Source: Myxococcota bacterium
GTDB lineage: Bacteria; Myxococcota_A; Bradymonadia; UBA7976; UBA1532
Direction of reading: 5' to 3'
NCBI GenBank assembly: GCA_036337435.1
Contig: JAYZEG010000028.1
Coordinates: 32,001 to 96,000 of the forward strand
DNA: 64,000 bases
The notes beneath the pieces were generated by a model. The model made no database searches. It saw only the letters and a program-made list of their open reading frames with translations, and was not told the origin of the DNA. Each line of letters starts with the position of its first letter. The stretch's first letter is position 1. Below, piece after piece: positions 29,271 to 40,063 of this stretch. The position numbers and the translations under genes are program-made.

Positions 29271-30586
29271 ATCTAAAAGGTCGCACAGTCGCTGTTTGGG
29301 GTGCCGCACGAAGCGGCGTCGCTGCCGCCAATTTATTGGTCACACTCGGTGCTGAAGTCATCCTGAGCGACAACCGAAGTTTTGATGCTCTGAGCCTCGA
29401 TACCTTAGACGCCCGCGTGTCGTTGGAATGTGGTGGAAATGTTCTAGCAGACGCGGACATACTGATACCAAGTCCGGGCATCAAGCCAAGCACTCGAGCC
29501 CTTCAAAACGCATTGATCAGTGGCGTGACTCTATGCAGTGAGATCGAACTCGCAGCCGCGTTTGCGAAATGCCCTATCGTTGCGATAACGGGAACGGATG
29601 GTAAGAGTACAACCACCGAAATGATCGGGTCACTGGTCGAGGGCACGGGTCGACGCGCCATTGTTGCTGGCAATATTGGTGTGCCGTTTTGTGAGCGAGT
29701 TTTGAGTGGTCGCGGAGATGATGTCTTTGTCGTCGAAGTGAGTGCATTTCAACTTTGGTCCTGCTCGAATTTTTCACCCCAAATTGCAGTGATCACGAAC
29801 ATCGCAGAGGATCATGCCGAATACTTCGATCATGATACGGCCGCATACATCGCCGCCAAGGAACGTATTCTGCAGGACATGGTGCCAGGCAGTCACGCGA
29901 TTCTGAGGGGGGACGACCCGTCCGTTGCCCAGTTCACAACCAAAGAAGGCGTACATCGAATCCTTTTTGGACCGAATCAGGTCAGCACAGGCTGGGGCTT
30001 CGACGGTCAGTGCTTGCTGCGGAATGGTGTTCGGGTCATGGATGCTAAAATGCTCTCGGTTCCCGGTCGACACAACGTTTACATTGCCCTCGCAGCCTTG
30101 GCGGTGGGAGACTCTCTTGGCTTGGATCGGGAGGCGGCGATTCGGGGGCTTACCTCTTTCCAGGGACTGCCACATCGGCTCCAACTCGTGTGCCAGAAAC
30201 GTGGGGTCTACTGGTATAACGACTCCAAAGCGACCAACCCACATGCGGCAAGTGTCGGCCTTAAGGCCATTGAACGCGACCAGATCGTAATCACAGGCGG
30301 CTACGAGAAGAATCTTGACCTATCCCCGTTCATCGGTGCTTTGGGTCGTGCAAGACAGGTTTACACTGTCGGGCCGACAAGCGACCGACTGACCCGTGCT
30401 GTCGACGGGCAAGTTCCTATCAAAACCTGTAAAACCCTTTTTGACGCTGTACAAGAAGCGGCGTCCCTTGCGCGGCCTAATGATGCTGTCATTTTATCGC
30501 CAGCCGCCTCATCGTTTGATGCCTACAAAAGCTATGCCCATCGAGGAGAGTGCTTCAACGAGTTTGTTCTTGGGCTGCCGGGCTAA
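29255..30586 (+). CDS. murD: UDP-MurNAc-L-Ala--D-glutamate ligase
   Basis: SPGI, ITGTDGKSTTT, EVSAFQL, NDSKATN, LSPAASSFD. Confidence 0.95.
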   Translation: MFESVNLKGRTVAVWGAARSGVAAANLLVTLGAEVILSDNRSFDALSLDTLDARVSLECGGNVLADADILIPSPGIKPSTRALQNALISGVTLCSEIELAAAFAKCPIVAITGTDGKSTTTEMIGSLVEGTGRRAIVAGNIGVPFCERVLSGRGDDVFVVEVSAFQLWSCSNFSPQIAVITNIAEDHAEYFDHDTAAYIAAKERILQDMVPGSHAILRGDDPSVAQFTTKEGVHRILFGPNQVSTGWGFDGQCLLRNGVRVMDAKMLSVPGRHNVYIALAALAVGDSLGLDREAAIRGLTSFQGLPHRLQLVCQKRGVYWYNDSKATNPHAASVGLKAIERDQIVITGGYEKNLDLSPFIGALGRARQVYTVGPTSDRLTRAVDGQVPIKTCKTLFDAVQEAASLARPNDAVILSPAASSFDAYKSYAHRGECFNEFVLGLPG

Positions 30587-30602
30587 GGACGCAAATCCGT
30601 TT

Positions 30603-30818
30603 TCAGTCTTCGGTCATCCGAGCGACAACCTGGCCTTCTTGGACGGATTCGTTGGGTTCGACCAAAACCTCAGTCAAGACACCATCAGCCGGTGCTTCGA
30701 TGGGCATTTCCATTTTCATTGATTCTAGGATCATCACGACATCTTCTTCGTCTAGTTCATCCCCAACCTGAGCTTCGATCTTCCAAACTGTACCTGTGAT
30801 GTGAGCTTTAATATCCAT
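30603..30818 (-). CDS. Biotin carboxyl carrier protein
   Basis: ESMKME biotinylation motif, 71 aa. Confidence 0.9.
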   Translation of the reverse strand: MDIKAHITGTVWKIEAQVGDELDEEDVVMILESMKMEMPIEAPADGVLTEVLVEPNESVQEGQVVARMTED

Positions 30819-30827
30819 TTGTTCTCC

Positions 30828-32192
30828 TCAGTCCAACTTTCCCTTCGCGAAGCGCTCCAGCCACTTTGTGTCAAACTCAGCCCTTTGAACCGCTGGATGC
30901 CGCAGCACCTTACTCAGGAAAACACGATTTGTGGTCAGCTTTTCGATGGTAAATGCGTCGAGTGCTCTGGCTGCCAGAGCCAAAGCCTCCTCTCGCGATT
31001 CGCTATGTGCCGTCAATTTTGCGATCATTGGGTCGTAATACTGGGTGACAGTTGCCCCACTCTCTACGCCGCTATCCACCCGGACACCCTCCATCTCTGG
31101 TGGGCTGAAGTGACCGATTTCACCCGGTCTTGGCAGAAACATATTCTCTGGTTCTTCGGCATAGAGTCGACATTCGACAGCAGCACCGCTGATTTCAAGC
31201 TCATCCTGCTCGATTGACAACTTATCACCCGATGCGATTTTTAATTGCCAGGTGATGAGGTCAACGCCCGTAATGGCTTCTGTGACGGGGTGTTCGACCT
31301 GGAGGCGCGTATTCATTTCAATGAAGTAGAATTCACCGGTTGGTGCCATTACAAATTCGACTGTTCCGGCGTTGCGGTACCCAATGGCGTGAGCCGCCTT
31401 TAGGGCTGCATTGCAAAGGTCATCGCGCAGACCTACTTGGGTGGATACAAAAGGAGAGGGCGCTTCCTCTATTACCTTCTGGTGCCTCCGTTGGAGGGTG
31501 CATTCGCGTTCGAAAAGATGAACCCCATGCCCATGCTGATCAAATAGAATCTGGACTTCGATGTGACGGGGTGACTCGATGTACTTCTCCAAATAAACGG
31601 AAGAGTTCCCAAAGCTACTCTCCCCTCTATCTCGGCAGCTTTCGATGGCTCGTGCGAGTTTGGACTCTCGTTTCACAAGTGCCATACCAATACCACCGCC
31701 CCCTCCTGCAGCTTTGACAAGCACTGGGTAACCAATCTGTTTGGCGATAGCGTGTGCTTCATCTAAGTCGGTGATAGGGCCTTTTGAGCCTGGCACGACT
31801 GGAACGCCCGCTCGCTCAGCGGACTCGCGTGCGATTACCTTATCACCCATGGCCTCGATCACTTCAGGCGTCGGGCCGATGAACCGTATGCCCGCATCTT
31901 CACATCGTCGGGCAAAGCCCGCATTCTCTGACAAAAGCCCGTAACCCGGATGAATGGCGTCCACGGCTTCGGCAATGGCGACTTGTATAATGGCATCCTG
32001 GTTCAGATAGCTGTCTCCGACAGGTGCAGGCCCAATGCAAACTGCTTTGTCAGCCCGCTTCACGTGAGGCGACTCGGCATCAGCTTCCGAGTAGACCGCG
32101 ATGCTTTTGACCTGATTTTGCCTCAGCACATCCACTATCCGCGCTGCAATCTCGCCTCTGTTGGCGACCAGGACCGTCTCAAACATAGTCAA
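30828..32192 (-). CDS. accC: Biotin carboxylase (AccC-type)
   Basis: LVANRGEIA, HPGYGLLSEN, GGGGIGM, EMNTRLQVEHPVTE, YYDPMIAK. Confidence 0.9.
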   Translation of the reverse strand: MTMFETVLVANRGEIAARIVDVLRQNQVKSIAVYSEADAESPHVKRADKAVCIGPAPVGDSYLNQDAIIQVAIAEAVDAIHPGYGLLSENAGFARRCEDAGIRFIGPTPEVIEAMGDKVIARESAERAGVPVVPGSKGPITDLDEAHAIAKQIGYPVLVKAAGGGGGIGMALVKRESKLARAIESCRDRGESSFGNSSVYLEKYIESPRHIEVQILFDQHGHGVHLFERECTLQRRHQKVIEEAPSPFVSTQVGLRDDLCNAALKAAHAIGYRNAGTVEFVMAPTGEFYFIEMNTRLQVEHPVTEAITGVDLITWQLKIASGDKLSIEQDELEISGAAVECRLYAEEPENMFLPRPGEIGHFSPPEMEGVRVDSGVESGATVTQYYDPMIAKLTAHSESREEALALAARALDAFTIEKLTTNRVFLSKVLRHPAVQRAEFDTKWLERFAKGKLD

Positions 32193-32291
32193 CTAACCCA
32201 CTTTGGTTTCTTATTCACTCCGATCTAGCAGACACTACCACAAGAGCAAAGCTGATTTGAGTCTCTGTCCATCATCCGCATTCGTATCTGC

Positions 32292-32855
32292 TCAAAGGTT
32301 TCCCAGAATTCCATATACAAATCGGTGCGGGTCATAAGGTGGCATCGTGCTTAAATAATCGTACGTACAGCCTAACTGGCCCGTCGCTTGGCTCACTACG
32401 TTGCACGATTTCAGCGAGAGCTTCCACCATTCCGAACCCACCTTCACATCGGTATTCGATCGATTTGACCGAGTTTCAACGACAATTCGAAATTGATATC
32501 GACACTCCGATTGAACCCGCTTTTGGTCCGCTTCGTCGCCTTCGACTACGAATAACCTCAGCCCCCGGCTATCGAGGCCGAATGCCGTTGGCCACTGGAC
32601 GCCCCGAAACTGGTCAAGCTTGAAGCAAACGATTCGCGTTCGCACTCGGTCAGTTCTTGGATACGCCTGATCCACTGGGAGACCTTGCTCGGTCAGACGC
32701 GCTTTGATTTTGCCGACAACATGCGCCTGCTGCCCTCTCACCGACAGCGATGTTGGTGTGCAGCCCGCTACGCAGCTCAAAGACACCAGCACGAGGCCAA
32801 GGGATGATAAAAAGTGATGGCTCATCAGAGAAGAGACTCTTGTCTGCTGCCCCAT
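32292..32855 (-). CDS. Hypothetical lipoprotein
   Basis: Lipobox VAGC. Probable start at 32825, overlapping the ruvB stop. Confidence 0.55.
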   Translation of the reverse strand: MGQQTRVSSLMSHHFLSSLGLVLVSLSCVAGCTPTSLSVRGQQAHVVGKIKARLTEQGLPVDQAYPRTDRVRTRIVCFKLDQFRGVQWPTAFGLDSRGLRLFVVEGDEADQKRVQSECRYQFRIVVETRSNRSNTDVKVGSEWWKLSLKSCNVVSQATGQLGCTYDYLSTMPPYDPHRFVYGILGNL

Positions 32856-33838
32856 GGCCGCCCAAAGTGTGTGTATGCTAAGCGCGTTGCCAATCGGCCC
32901 CTCTGAGTTCGTTTAATGTAGCCTTCCTTAAGCAGATAGGGTTCGTACACATCTTCGACGGTTTGTTTTTCCTCTCCGATTGCCGCGGCAATCGTATCCA
33001 AGCCGACTGGACCCCCATCGAATTTGTCGATCATAGTCAGTAATAAACGCCTGTCCATCCGGTCGAACCCTGCTTGATCGATATCTAGTTGCTCTAATGC
33101 AGCTTCGGCAACATCGACGGTGACAATCCCCTCAGCCCGGACCTCTGCGATATCTCGAATGCGCCGGAGCAACCGATTCGCGATTCGAGGGGTGCCGCGC
33201 GACCGTTGCGCAATGACCAAATTTGCCCCGTTTCTGAGTTCAACACCTAAGAGACCTGCAGAGCGAGACACAATACGGCCAAGCTCATCGGGCGTATAGA
33301 ATTCAAGATGCTCAACCACTCCGAAGCGGTCTCTCATGGGCGATGTAAGCAGGCCCGCTCGAGTTGTTGCACCAACCAGTGTGAACGGACGCAATTCAAT
33401 GGGTACACTGCGTGCATAAACGCCATCACCCACCACCACGTCGAATCGCAGATCTTCCATAGCTGGGTATAAGTTTTCTTCAACAACTGCGCTCAACCTA
33501 TGAATTTCATCAATGAAGAGAACATCGTGCTCCTCTAAATTGGTTAGAATACCAGCCAGATCCCCTTTTTTCTCAAGGGCTGGCCCGCTGGTCACGTGAA
33601 GCCTGCTGCCCAGTTCTTGCGCAATAATATGTGCCAGTGTTGTTTTGCCAAGACCCGGGGGACCACTGAGCAATACGTGGTCGAGGGCTTCACCACGCCG
33701 TCGAGCAGCCTCCACGAAAATGCGTAGGTTCTCTTTGACGCGTTCCTGTCCGATGTACTCGTCGAAATCAGCCGGCCGCAGACCATATTCGGCACCCGCG
33801 TCTTCAATTTCGATGGAATCTACAATGCGATTTTCCAT
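32825..33838 (-). CDS. ruvB: Holliday junction helicase RuvB
   Basis: [39 protein letters not shown]. Confidence 0.98.
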   Translation of the reverse strand: MENRIVDSIEIEDAGAEYGLRPADFDEYIGQERVKENLRIFVEAARRRGEALDHVLLSGPPGLGKTTLAHIIAQELGSRLHVTSGPALEKKGDLAGILTNLEEHDVLFIDEIHRLSAVVEENLYPAMEDLRFDVVVGDGVYARSVPIELRPFTLVGATTRAGLLTSPMRDRFGVVEHLEFYTPDELGRIVSRSAGLLGVELRNGANLVIAQRSRGTPRIANRLLRRIRDIAEVRAEGIVTVDVAEAALEQLDIDQAGFDRMDRRLLLTMIDKFDGGPVGLDTIAAAIGEEKQTVEDVYEPYLLKEGYIKRTQRGRLATRLAYTHFGRPWGSRQESLL

Positions 33839-33878
33839 AACCTGCTTTCTATCGTCTTACTAAACAGGTGTCCAGTAA

Positions 33879-34460
33879 TCATTTCGATCTGAGCCGCTTG
33901 AGAGCCTCCTTGAGAAGACCTTCGAAACTGGCATCCTTGCTGTCACTCGCCAAATCTGAACAGAGTTGGTCAACCTCTTTGGCTTTGTATCCTAGGTTTT
34001 TCAAAGCACTCTCTAAATCATCAAGAATTCGATTCGGTTGTCGAGCTGCCACAGCGAGGCCCCCTACCTTCTCTCGGAGTTCGAGTATGATTCTTTCAGA
34101 TGTCCGTTTTCCAAGCCCGGGTACGGTGGTGAGGGTTTTTACATCTCCACCACCGATTGCAGCAATCAAAGTACTGGCGTTCAGTCCCGACAAACAGGCT
34201 AAGCCAATCTTTGGTCCGACGCCGCTGATTGAGATCAATTGTCTGAAGAGCCGTCGCTCATCTAAATTGGCAAAACCAAAAAGTGTAATTTGGTCTTCTC
34301 TGACGTGGGTATGAATGCACACGACCGCTGTGCCACCCGCTGGTGGGAGTTGGTCGAGAACAGTCAATGGGCAAGACACTTCATAGCCGACGCCACTGAC
34401 GTCGAGCAGGATACTCTCCATATCCTTTGAAATTACGATACCTTTCAGTTGTCCAATCAT
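33879..34460 (-). CDS. ruvA: Holliday junction DNA-binding protein RuvA
   Basis: GVGYEV, VREDQITLFGF, ISGVGPK, PGLGKRTSERIILEL. Confidence 0.97.
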   Translation of the reverse strand: MIGQLKGIVISKDMESILLDVSGVGYEVSCPLTVLDQLPPAGGTAVVCIHTHVREDQITLFGFANLDERRLFRQLISISGVGPKIGLACLSGLNASTLIAAIGGGDVKTLTTVPGLGKRTSERIILELREKVGGLAVAARQPNRILDDLESALKNLGYKAKEVDQLCSDLASDSKDASFEGLLKEALKRLRSK

Positions 34461-35071
34461 TTTAATTCCATGCCTCTTTCTCTCGCGATGGCGAGTAATG
34501 CTGCGTCCATGCTCTTTTTGCTTCTTTTCTTCGATTTAGTGGTCGGTAGACGGGGAGAATTGAGCATTTGCGCATGACAAATAGCAGCCGCGACGGCATC
34601 AGCAGCATCTTCCTGAGGAATCGATTTAAGACCCAGTCTCAGCGCGATCATTTCCTGGATTTGCGTTTTATTTGCTCGGCCTGTCCCGGTCACGGATTTC
34701 TTGATTTGCAGGGGCGAATACTCGGTTACGGAGAGGCCGCGAACGGCACAGGTCGCGATCGCGACGCCCCGAGCGTGACCGAGGATTAGGGCACTGCGCG
34801 CGTTTCTGTGTTGAAAGACACCTTCGACCGCGACCGCCTCAGGTTTGTATCGCTCTAAGACATCTTCGAGGGATTGCATGAGCAGGCCTAGTCGCTGTGG
34901 TAGTGACTCCAAACTCGTAAGAACGAATACTCCATTGTCGACATGCTCTATCTTGGAGCCTTGGGATGCAACGAGGCCCCAGCCGCAGAATCGCGAACCG
35001 GGATCGATCCCGAGAATCCGTTTCGGTCTTTTATCCAACGTCCAAATCCAATGAAGTACCTTTGAATACAC
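34457..35071 (-). CDS. ruvC: Holliday junction resolvase RuvC
   Basis: ILGIDPGS, LGHARG, DAADAVAAAICHA. True start probably near 35038. Confidence 0.97.
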   Translation of the reverse strand: MYSKVLHWIWTLDKRPKRILGIDPGSRFCGWGLVASQGSKIEHVDNGVFVLTSLESLPQRLGLLMQSLEDVLERYKPEAVAVEGVFQHRNARSALILGHARGVAIATCAVRGLSVTEYSPLQIKKSVTGTGRANKTQIQEMIALRLGLKSIPQEDAADAVAAAICHAQMLNSPRLPTTKSKKRSKKSMDAALLAIARERGMELK

Positions 35072-35456
35072 TAACGTACTTGTAGACTGGAGAAAAGGGG
35101 GGCGGGCCGTTCTCGGCCGTAATAGTGTTCTATTTTCACCTTGTGTGGTGTCTTGACGGCTTCACCCCGATGGACGCAAAGAAAATCGGACCGTCTCCTG
35201 AGCCAGGGCCGCACTGAGAATCCAATGGAATGGATGTAACCGATCCCTATTCGAGCGGCATCTACGGGCATCGGGTCGCTTTATCGGCAGTCCTTCTGAC
35301 CGACGCTCCACCATGTGTGCATCGGTCGGCTGTTTCATTGACGCCTTCATGAGAGAGGCATAGTGTAAGCCATCGCGTTGAGCTGTGCTCGCCGGATGAC
35401 GAATGGCGACGATGGGTACAGCACAACAGTGTCCACGAGAAAGTGTAGGGTTTGAG

Positions 35457-36134
35457 ATGAGTATTATTGCCCAGGTATTGCCGAGTCAAGGCGAGGGCTT
35501 TTCGATCATCGAGGCGTTTATGCGCTTCTCCGAGTTGGGAGCTGAGTGGGTCATGTATTTACTCATGATCCTCGGTGCTGTCATGGTCGGCCTATTTGTA
35601 CAGCGTTACCGATTCTTTCAGAAACGGCGGATTGATGTTGGCACCTTGGGTGCACAACTGATCGACGCATTGAAGAATAATGATATCGATGCGGCGAAAC
35701 GTTTGGTTGCAAACGGCGACTCGATGGAGGCTCGTGTCCTCAGTGACGCCCTGGATGATTTTCACGACGGTCCAGCTGTCGTCGAACAAAAAATTACGAG
35801 TGCCCTGGCTGCTCAAAAGCAGGAATATGACCGATATCTGAACTTCTTCGGCACCTTGGGAAACAACGCGCCTTTTATCGGTCTTTTTGGCACTGTCATC
35901 GGGATCATCGTTGCGTTTCAAGCTCTTGGAAATAATCCAAAGGGTGGTCTGGAAGTGGTCGGTCCCGGTATTGCTGAGGCACTGGTCGCAACGGCTGTCG
36001 GCTTGATGATTGCGATTCCTTCAGTGGTTATATTTAACGTGTTTAAAGGCCGCGTAAAGAGCCATGTCAGCAACACAGTCTCCTTGTCGGGGATTGTCAA
36101 GGCATGGGCTGAGCGTCGCTCCGGTGACGCCTGA
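35457..36134 (+). CDS. exbB: MotA/TolQ/ExbB proton channel protein
   Basis: GNNAPFIGLFGTVIGII, GIAEALVATAVGL. Confidence 0.9.
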   Translation: MSIIAQVLPSQGEGFSIIEAFMRFSELGAEWVMYLLMILGAVMVGLFVQRYRFFQKRRIDVGTLGAQLIDALKNNDIDAAKRLVANGDSMEARVLSDALDDFHDGPAVVEQKITSALAAQKQEYDRYLNFFGTLGNNAPFIGLFGTVIGIIVAFQALGNNPKGGLEVVGPGIAEALVATAVGLMIAIPSVVIFNVFKGRVKSHVSNTVSLSGIVKAWAERRSGDA

Positions 36135-36604
36135 TGGCTGGCGGTGCTGATCTGAACGATGATGATGATGGTATCGTCGGGATCAATGTGACCCCGCTTG
36201 TCGATGTGATGTTGGTTCTCTTGATCATTTTCATGGTCGCATCAACCTACATCGTAAAAAACAGCATCGAGGTAGATCTTCCGAAAGCAGCGACGGGCGG
36301 GGATGTCTTAGATACAACTTTGTCCATCGTTGTGAGCAAAGGCGGCAGTTTGTTTCTCAATGGTGAGCCGTCGACGGAACAAGAGATTGCAGCCCGGTGT
36401 CAACTGGTTTCAAAAGCTGATCCGAAAGCACAGGCTATCATCGCCGCCGATAAGGCGACGATTCATGGAAATGTTGTAAAAGTGATCGATCTCATTCGGA
36501 AAAATGGCGTTAAAAAATTTGCGATTAATGTCGAACCGGACACCGCGCTGGTTCAACCCGTGCCGGTCAATCCGTCGGCCGAAACCACGCCGCAGTCTCC
36601 GTAG
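36134..36604 (+). CDS. exbD: ExbD/TolR family protein
   Basis: INVTPLVDVMLVLLIIFMV. Confidence 0.92.
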   Translation: MAGGADLNDDDDGIVGINVTPLVDVMLVLLIIFMVASTYIVKNSIEVDLPKAATGGDVLDTTLSIVVSKGGSLFLNGEPSTEQEIAARCQLVSKADPKAQAIIAADKATIHGNVVKVIDLIRKNGVKKFAINVEPDTALVQPVPVNPSAETTPQSP

Positions 36605-37431
36605 TGCGATCCCTACCCTCCAGCAGCGAGCGTAATGGACGCTTTGGCTTAATCATCGGTGGAACTCTGTTCGGGTTTGCAATTCAAGCTGGTGGGTTGT
36701 ACGCGGCGCACCAATACGTTGTGCCCAAAAAAGTCGATAAAAATCTGGTCGTCGAAATGGAGTTTTTTACACCACCGCCGCCTCCACCGCCGCCTCCACC
36801 GCCGCCACCACCTCCAGAACAGCCCAAGCCCAAGCCCAACCCAAAGCCCAAGCCGAAGCCAAAGCCCAAGCCGAAGCCCAAGCCAAAGCCGAAGCCGAAG
36901 CCAAAGCCAAAGCCGAAGCCGAAGCCGAAGCCGAAGCCGAAGCCGAAGCCGAAACCACAGCCGAAGCCGGAACCGCCCAAGAAAAAGCCAGTTCCGCTTG
37001 TGACCGGGATTACTCTTGGCAGCACCATCAAGGGGGGCAAGGGACCGGCCTTGCAAGTGGGAAACACGCAGATGGGGGACGTCGGGCGCAAGGCTGTAAA
37101 CCCAGTGACGGAGCGCGCAACGCCTGTGCCAGAGGTTACCCCAGCTAAAAAAGTTGTTCGACGCAAAGCCAAGCTTATCAAGCGCGTTAAACCGAGGTAT
37201 CCAAAGGCTGCCCTGCGCGCAGGGATTGAGGGCAAGATTATCTTTTTGTTAACCGTTGGCGTGGACGGACACGTCAAGAAGGCGAAAGCATTGGGCAAAA
37301 AGCTGGGTTATGGGTTAGACGACGCGGCGATGAAGGCGGTTAAAAAGTTCAAATACAGACCAGCAACAGTCGATGGGACGCCGGTGGTCAGTACTGTCCG
37401 TTTCACCTGCACCTTCGTACTCGAGAATTGA
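36604..37431 (+). CDS. tonB: TonB family energy transducer
   Basis: Single TM, poly-Pro and (KP)n linker, C-terminal PRYPKAALRAGIEG..YRPA domain. Confidence 0.9.
   Translation: MRSLPSSSERNGRFGLIIGGTLFGFAIQAGGLYAAHQYVVPKKVDKNLVVEMEFFTPPPPPPPPPPPPPPPEQPKPKPNPKPKPKPKPKPKPKPKPKPKPKPKPKPKPKPKPKPKPKPQPKPEPPKKKPVPLVTGITLGSTIKGGKGPALQVGNTQMGDVGRKAVNPVTERATPVPEVTPAKKVVRRKAKLIKRVKPRYPKAALRAGIEGKIIFLLTVGVDGHVKKAKALGKKLGYGLDDAAMKAVKKFKYRPATVDGTPVVSTVRFTCTFVLEN
36772..36969 (+). repeat. Coding low-complexity repeat: Pro15 then about 24 Pro-X dipeptides, mostly CCNAAG hexamers
   Basis: Directly visible tandem ccgaag/ccaaag/cccaag units. Confidence 0.95.
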
Positions 37432-37432
37432 G

Positions 37433-40063
37433 ATGGTCAACTCTAGGTCAGCCATGTGGCGATTCTGTCTCTCAGTTATTTTCTTTGTCAGCTTTTTGAC
37501 CGGGGATAGTCTTGCCACTGACGATGACGCAGGGCCAAAATTAACGAAAGAGCCAACCGTTTTAGAGATGGTGGAAGCAACCTATCCGAAGGCTCTTTTT
37601 GACAGTGGTACGACTGGGCGGGTTGAACTCAAGATTACAATTGATGAGACCGGTTCGGTCACGGAGGCTGAGATCCACAAGAGCTCCGGGTTTGCCGAGT
37701 TCGACAGTGCGGCACAAGAAGCTCTATATCAATTCAAGTTTAGTCCGGCTTACATAGACAATGAACCTGGCGCGGTACAGATAATCTACGGGTATGCGTT
37801 CACCATCGAAAGTGCGCTCGACGAGCGGCCCGTAGATACCTCACGGTTGTCTCAGCCCACGGGACGTCTAGCGGGAACAGTTCTGCGGAAAGGGACTCGC
37901 GACCCCGTTGTCGGTTTGACTATACGTCTTCCTAAGCTTGGACTTGAAAGTATGACCGACGAAAATGGCCAGTTTGCTTTTGATGACCTACCAGAGGGGC
38001 CATTAATCATCGAGCTGAATGACCCTGATCACTACAATTTGGAGGACGAGGAGCCCATTGAAGCCGGAAAAGAATTGAACGTGAGATACTATCTCGAACC
38101 GACAGGCTTGAACGAAAATCAGGTCACCGTCGTCGGGCGGAGGGTCAAGAAGGAAGTTGCCAAACGGACACTCACGGTCCAAGAGATTAGGAAAATTCCC
38201 GGCGCAAGTGGAGATGCTCTCAAAGTCATTGAAAATTTACCAGGTGTTGCAAGAACTGCCTTGGGTTTAGGCGGGCTCATCGTCCGCGGCAGCAACTTTG
38301 GCGATTCTGCAGCCGTAGTCGATCGACATTTGATTCCCATTCCTTTCCATTTTGGCGGACTGAGAAGTGTTATTGCTAGTGAAATGATCGACACAATCGA
38401 TTTTTACCCAGGTAACTTTGGTGCTGAGTATGGGCGTTTTAGTGGAGGCCTTATCGACATCCGGTTGCGTAGACCTCGCGCTGACCGTTTCTCTGGTCGA
38501 TTTGAGGCAGATGTTTTCGATTCCGGGGTCTTTGTCGAAGGGCCATTAACCGATGAACTGACAATCGCTGTTGGGGCGCGTCGCAGCTATGTAGACTTTC
38601 TCATCGGCGCTGCTCTCAAAGACATTGACGATATCAATTTTCAGACCGTCCCGAGATACTATGATTACCAATTGATTCTAGATTACCGTTCTGGGCGTCA
38701 TCAAGTACGCACGTTTCTGATGGGCTCTGATGACGAAATGGTCTTTGTTCTCAATGAACCACCCGCTGGTAATGCGGCACTCAGGGGTCAACTTGAAAAT
38801 AAGGTTGGCTTTGCGCGGGGCTATTTGAGCTGGATTTGGCGCGCGAGTGACCGGTTCACCAACGACCTGAGCGTCGCACTTGGCCGCAACACACTCGTCC
38901 TCAATTTTGGGCCGGATATCCGTGTCGATAATCTTGCGTGGCAGCTGACAGTCCGAGAAGACATGGCATACGTCTTTTCAGACAAGATAAAATGGCGAGC
39001 CGGATTGGACTATGATGGTTTCTTTGGAACACTTGATTTAAACCTACCGCTCCCACCTAAAGAAGGCGGTGGTGGTCAACAGGGACGCAGTTATTCAAGC
39101 GTTGACTTCATCGAGGTCAGACGTGATTTTTTACTCAAAAATCCGGCCATTTGGACCGAACTCCAAATCTCACTTCTAGATAAGCATATTCTGATCATTC
39201 CAGGTTTTCGCTCTGAATATGATCTTGTGATTGATGACTATATCTTAGACCCTCGGCTGACAGCGCGCTACGCCATTGTCAAAGACGTCACAACAGTCAA
39301 AGCCGGCATTGGGCTTTTCTCCCAGAGACCAAGTCCGGACGAGACCGATGCTGACTTTGGCGACCCGGACATAAATTTTGAGCGTGCGATACATTTTTCT
39401 GCTGGAATTGAACAGCAGCTGAGCGAGTTCATTGAACTCGACCTCGTGGGTTTCTATAAGCACCTTTACGACCTCATTCGTCCAATCGACCAGACGGGTG
39501 TTGGCACGAGTTTGGATTCGGCCCCTGAGCGCCGGTTGGCCAACAGCGGGACTGGGCGTGTTTACGGTATGGAGGTTCTCCTGCGTCATGCGCCGTCAGA
39601 GCGATTTTTCGGTTGGCTGAGCTATACCCTCATGCGCTCGGAACGGCGGCGTAGCGATGGGCCTGGTTATCGGCCATTTGATTTTGATCAAACTCACGTT
39701 TTGACTGTTCTTGGTCAATACAAACTCACCAACGCTTGGGAGTTTGGAGCGAGATTTCAATACAGTACGGGTCGACCTCAAACACCCTTTGTCGGTTCTG
39801 TTTACAATTCTGATTCCGATAGCTACGAGGGCATCCCCGGAGAGGTCAACAGCGTACGCATCCCATCGTATCATCGTTTAGACATTCGACTCGATCGAAA
39901 CTGGATCTTCAACACATGGATATTAAGTGCCTATTTCGAGATTCAAAATGTCTACAATCGTGCAAATCCGGAGCGTTTAAACCCCAATTACGACTTTTCG
40001 AGTGCAAGTTATACCAGTGGGCTTCCCATCATTCCGTCTCTCGGTATAAGGGGGCAATTCTAG
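37433..40063 (+). CDS. TonB-dependent receptor with N-terminal TonB_C and carboxypeptidase-regulatory-like domains
   Basis: ATYPKA..GRVELKITIDETG..FSPA, plug motif LPGVAR..IVRGS, FYPGNFGAEYG, C-terminal GIRGQF. Confidence 0.9.
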   Translation: MVNSRSAMWRFCLSVIFFVSFLTGDSLATDDDAGPKLTKEPTVLEMVEATYPKALFDSGTTGRVELKITIDETGSVTEAEIHKSSGFAEFDSAAQEALYQFKFSPAYIDNEPGAVQIIYGYAFTIESALDERPVDTSRLSQPTGRLAGTVLRKGTRDPVVGLTIRLPKLGLESMTDENGQFAFDDLPEGPLIIELNDPDHYNLEDEEPIEAGKELNVRYYLEPTGLNENQVTVVGRRVKKEVAKRTLTVQEIRKIPGASGDALKVIENLPGVARTALGLGGLIVRGSNFGDSAAVVDRHLIPIPFHFGGLRSVIASEMIDTIDFYPGNFGAEYGRFSGGLIDIRLRRPRADRFSGRFEADVFDSGVFVEGPLTDELTIAVGARRSYVDFLIGAALKDIDDINFQTVPRYYDYQLILDYRSGRHQVRTFLMGSDDEMVFVLNEPPAGNAALRGQLENKVGFARGYLSWIWRASDRFTNDLSVALGRNTLVLNFGPDIRVDNLAWQLTVREDMAYVFSDKIKWRAGLDYDGFFGTLDLNLPLPPKEGGGGQQGRSYSSVDFIEVRRDFLLKNPAIWTELQISLLDKHILIIPGFRSEYDLVIDDYILDPRLTARYAIVKDVTTVKAGIGLFSQRPSPDETDADFGDPDINFERAIHFSAGIEQQLSEFIELDLVGFYKHLYDLIRPIDQTGVGTSLDSAPERRLANSGTGRVYGMEVLLRHAPSERFFGWLSYTLMRSERRRSDGPGYRPFDFDQTHVLTVLGQYKLTNAWEFGARFQYSTGRPQTPFVGSVYNSDSDSYEGIPGEVNSVRIPSYHRLDIRLDRNWIFNTWILSAYFEIQNVYNRANPERLNPNYDFSSASYTSGLPIIPSLGIRGQF

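Noticed and set aside
35096..35313. GGGGGCG...CTCCACCA as tmRNA or tRNA, and GGACGCAAAG as a c-di-GMP-I half-site
   Set aside because: No T-arm before CCA, wrong length, and the GGCAAAC half is missing. No cobalamin box is evident either.
36649..37298. Antisense ORFs rich in FG, LR or AS repeats
   Set aside because: Shadows of the tonB (PK)n repeat.
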